Positions 62,201 to 64,000 of a DNA stretch of 64,000 nt are shown piece after piece (within the stretch, counting starts at the first letter, position 1; every line of letters starts with the position of its first letter). Position numbers and translations under genes: made by a program. Below the pieces are notes generated by a model that was given only the letters and a program-made list of their open reading frames with translations, searched no databases and was not told where the DNA came from. Origin of the DNA: Octopus sinensis (Eukaryota); NCBI RefSeq assembly GCF_006345805.1, contig NC_043007.1, forward strand, positions 59,334,001-59,398,000, read 5' to 3'.

Positions 62201-64000
62201 CAAGTACTACCAAAATCTGATTATTTCTGTTACATTAGTGTCACACGTAATGTTACATAGCAAACCTGTAGAAGGGGAGAGGGATAGAAAGGACAACCAT
62301 ATCAGCTTTTAGATATGTACAAAATTATTCAATTTATAAACTAAAAAAATGTTACTATAAAATAAATGAGGACATGGAAGATGTAAAAAAAAATTGTGAC
62401 TCCTGTTGTTACACTTACATCAAACATAGTATTACTTAGCAAATATAGAAGGAAGAGGAAAGAAACAACAGCCACATAGGTTTTAAAATATTTATAAAAT
62501 TATTTAATCTGTATTTGAAATTAAATGCCTCGATGAAATAAAAAAATATGAACGGTGAAAATTTTAATTAATTTATGTAACAAACTAATTGTTTCTTTTA
62601 ATCTTTCTTCTGATGTCTTTTTTTCCTATATGGTTTGTTAAAAAAAGAAACAAAGTATATCCGATGTTTAAGAGAAAATTCCGAGAATCCCACCATTCCG
62701 ATTAAACGACTCGTTAGGTATCTATACATTTCGTTTGAGTTTTGAATGTCATTTCACATTAAAGACGAAGTTATCGATGACAATAAATTCATTGTTGATA
62801 AAATATTGGCAATATTGTTGTCTCTTAACTAATACTTTTTAATTTTATGTGATCGTCTGTACAGAAATAAGTAAAATACCAGGCAAATCTCCTATAGCGT
62901 TGTTATATGTTTTACAATGGAGATTAAAAGAGTGGGCGAACTAGGACAATGTTTTTTTTTACCTGTCTATAATGAGGTTGGCTGTCAGTTTCACAATTAC
63001 AAACACACACACATATGTACGTATGTATACCTGTATGCATGTATGTACGTGTTTATGTATGTATTTATATAAAAAATATATATGTATATACATATGTGTG
63101 TGTGTATGCGCGCGCACACACACATGTGTGCACGTAGGTGTGTACTTATATATGTAAGTATGTATGTATATACATATGATGGAATGATAGGCTCTTTATT
63201 TCCTCAGTTAAATTATAAAATATCCAAACTTAATTACGGAATATAGCGGCGGAGTCACATTACATAAACGAGCAGTCACTATTCTAAGGCAGCCAATCTC
63301 AAACTAACGAACAGCACCCCACTCTCGCCGCAAATATTGGTGAACATTGTTTTATTCCTCCACTCTCTCTTTATTAATGAGAAAACATAAAAATTACAGT
63401 TTGAGGGTCTTTGATTCGGTATGGTTTAGAAAAGTTCAAAAGTTAAAAGTTTGAAACTTGAATTTTTATTAAACCTGGCAGTATGTTTTCTCCCCTTTTA
63501 ATCCTTAAAGGTCTCCTTCATCGCAAGAAACACACTGCTAATGTATTAAATGGTTCAAGTTATTCTCTGCGATTTGAATTCGCAGTCCAATGGAGATGCC
63601 AATGACTGTCAAGATGAGATTGCTACTGATACAATCGGTGATTGACGGATGGTTCCAAGTGGAAGGCACGATGATTAGGGGCTTTATATTTGTAATGTAC
63701 CATTGCGAACTTTTCCATTGATGTTATCCTTATTTGCCTACTCAGTTACTTACCTTCACATTGTCACTCTAAGATCTTGTCAGTTACAGTTGTTATTTAT
63801 GAATCTTAGTTTGACAACAAATCGGATCTATTGAGGAAGGAGAATAAAACCAAAACATGTTCGGCTTTGTCACCACATCAGCCAAGGTCGGACTCATTTC
63901 TCACCTTGCATAACTCAGTTTCAGTTTTTGATGAATTGGCATTTCGAGAGTTCTCTCCCTCGTCTCTTTAGAGTGGAACTTCCATTAACACTAGTACCTT

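Noticed and set aside
63480-64000. Donor-like sites (about 63753 and 63907, minus strand) and more complex sequence suggesting another gene
   Set aside because: All frames checked contain stops and no recognisable protein motif was found.

Overview
AT-rich, repeat-dense eukaryotic DNA. The SINE, RTE-LINE and (TA)n/(CAT)n repertoire points to an octopus (coleoid cephalopod); this is an inference. The only host gene recognised is a minus-strand, intron-rich TRNT1-family (class II tRNA nucleotidyltransferase, CCA-adding) gene. Six in-frame GT-AG coding exons can be assembled: 46382-46730, 34768-34897, 23263-23389, 10696-10781, 4350-4457 and 2667-2779. Its 3' exons were not found and probably lie left of the window; its 5' end is probably near 60-62.5 kb. 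The protein keeps the catalytic DxD and the EDxxR template but has a completely remodelled flexible loop, which hints at CC-adding or otherwise altered activity. It also carries several deviations at conserved residues that A-to-G (A-to-I) changes would revert. The introns hold RTE, CR1 and Tx1/L1 LINE remnants, Tc1, mariner, maT, Tigger and Helitron remnants, MITEs and many tRNA-derived SINEs. They also hold several minimal hammerhead-ribozyme motifs in short microsatellite-embedded elements: one has an intact core on the pre-mRNA strand and one has a G3-C8 covariant core. Large palindromes and local duplications are also present.
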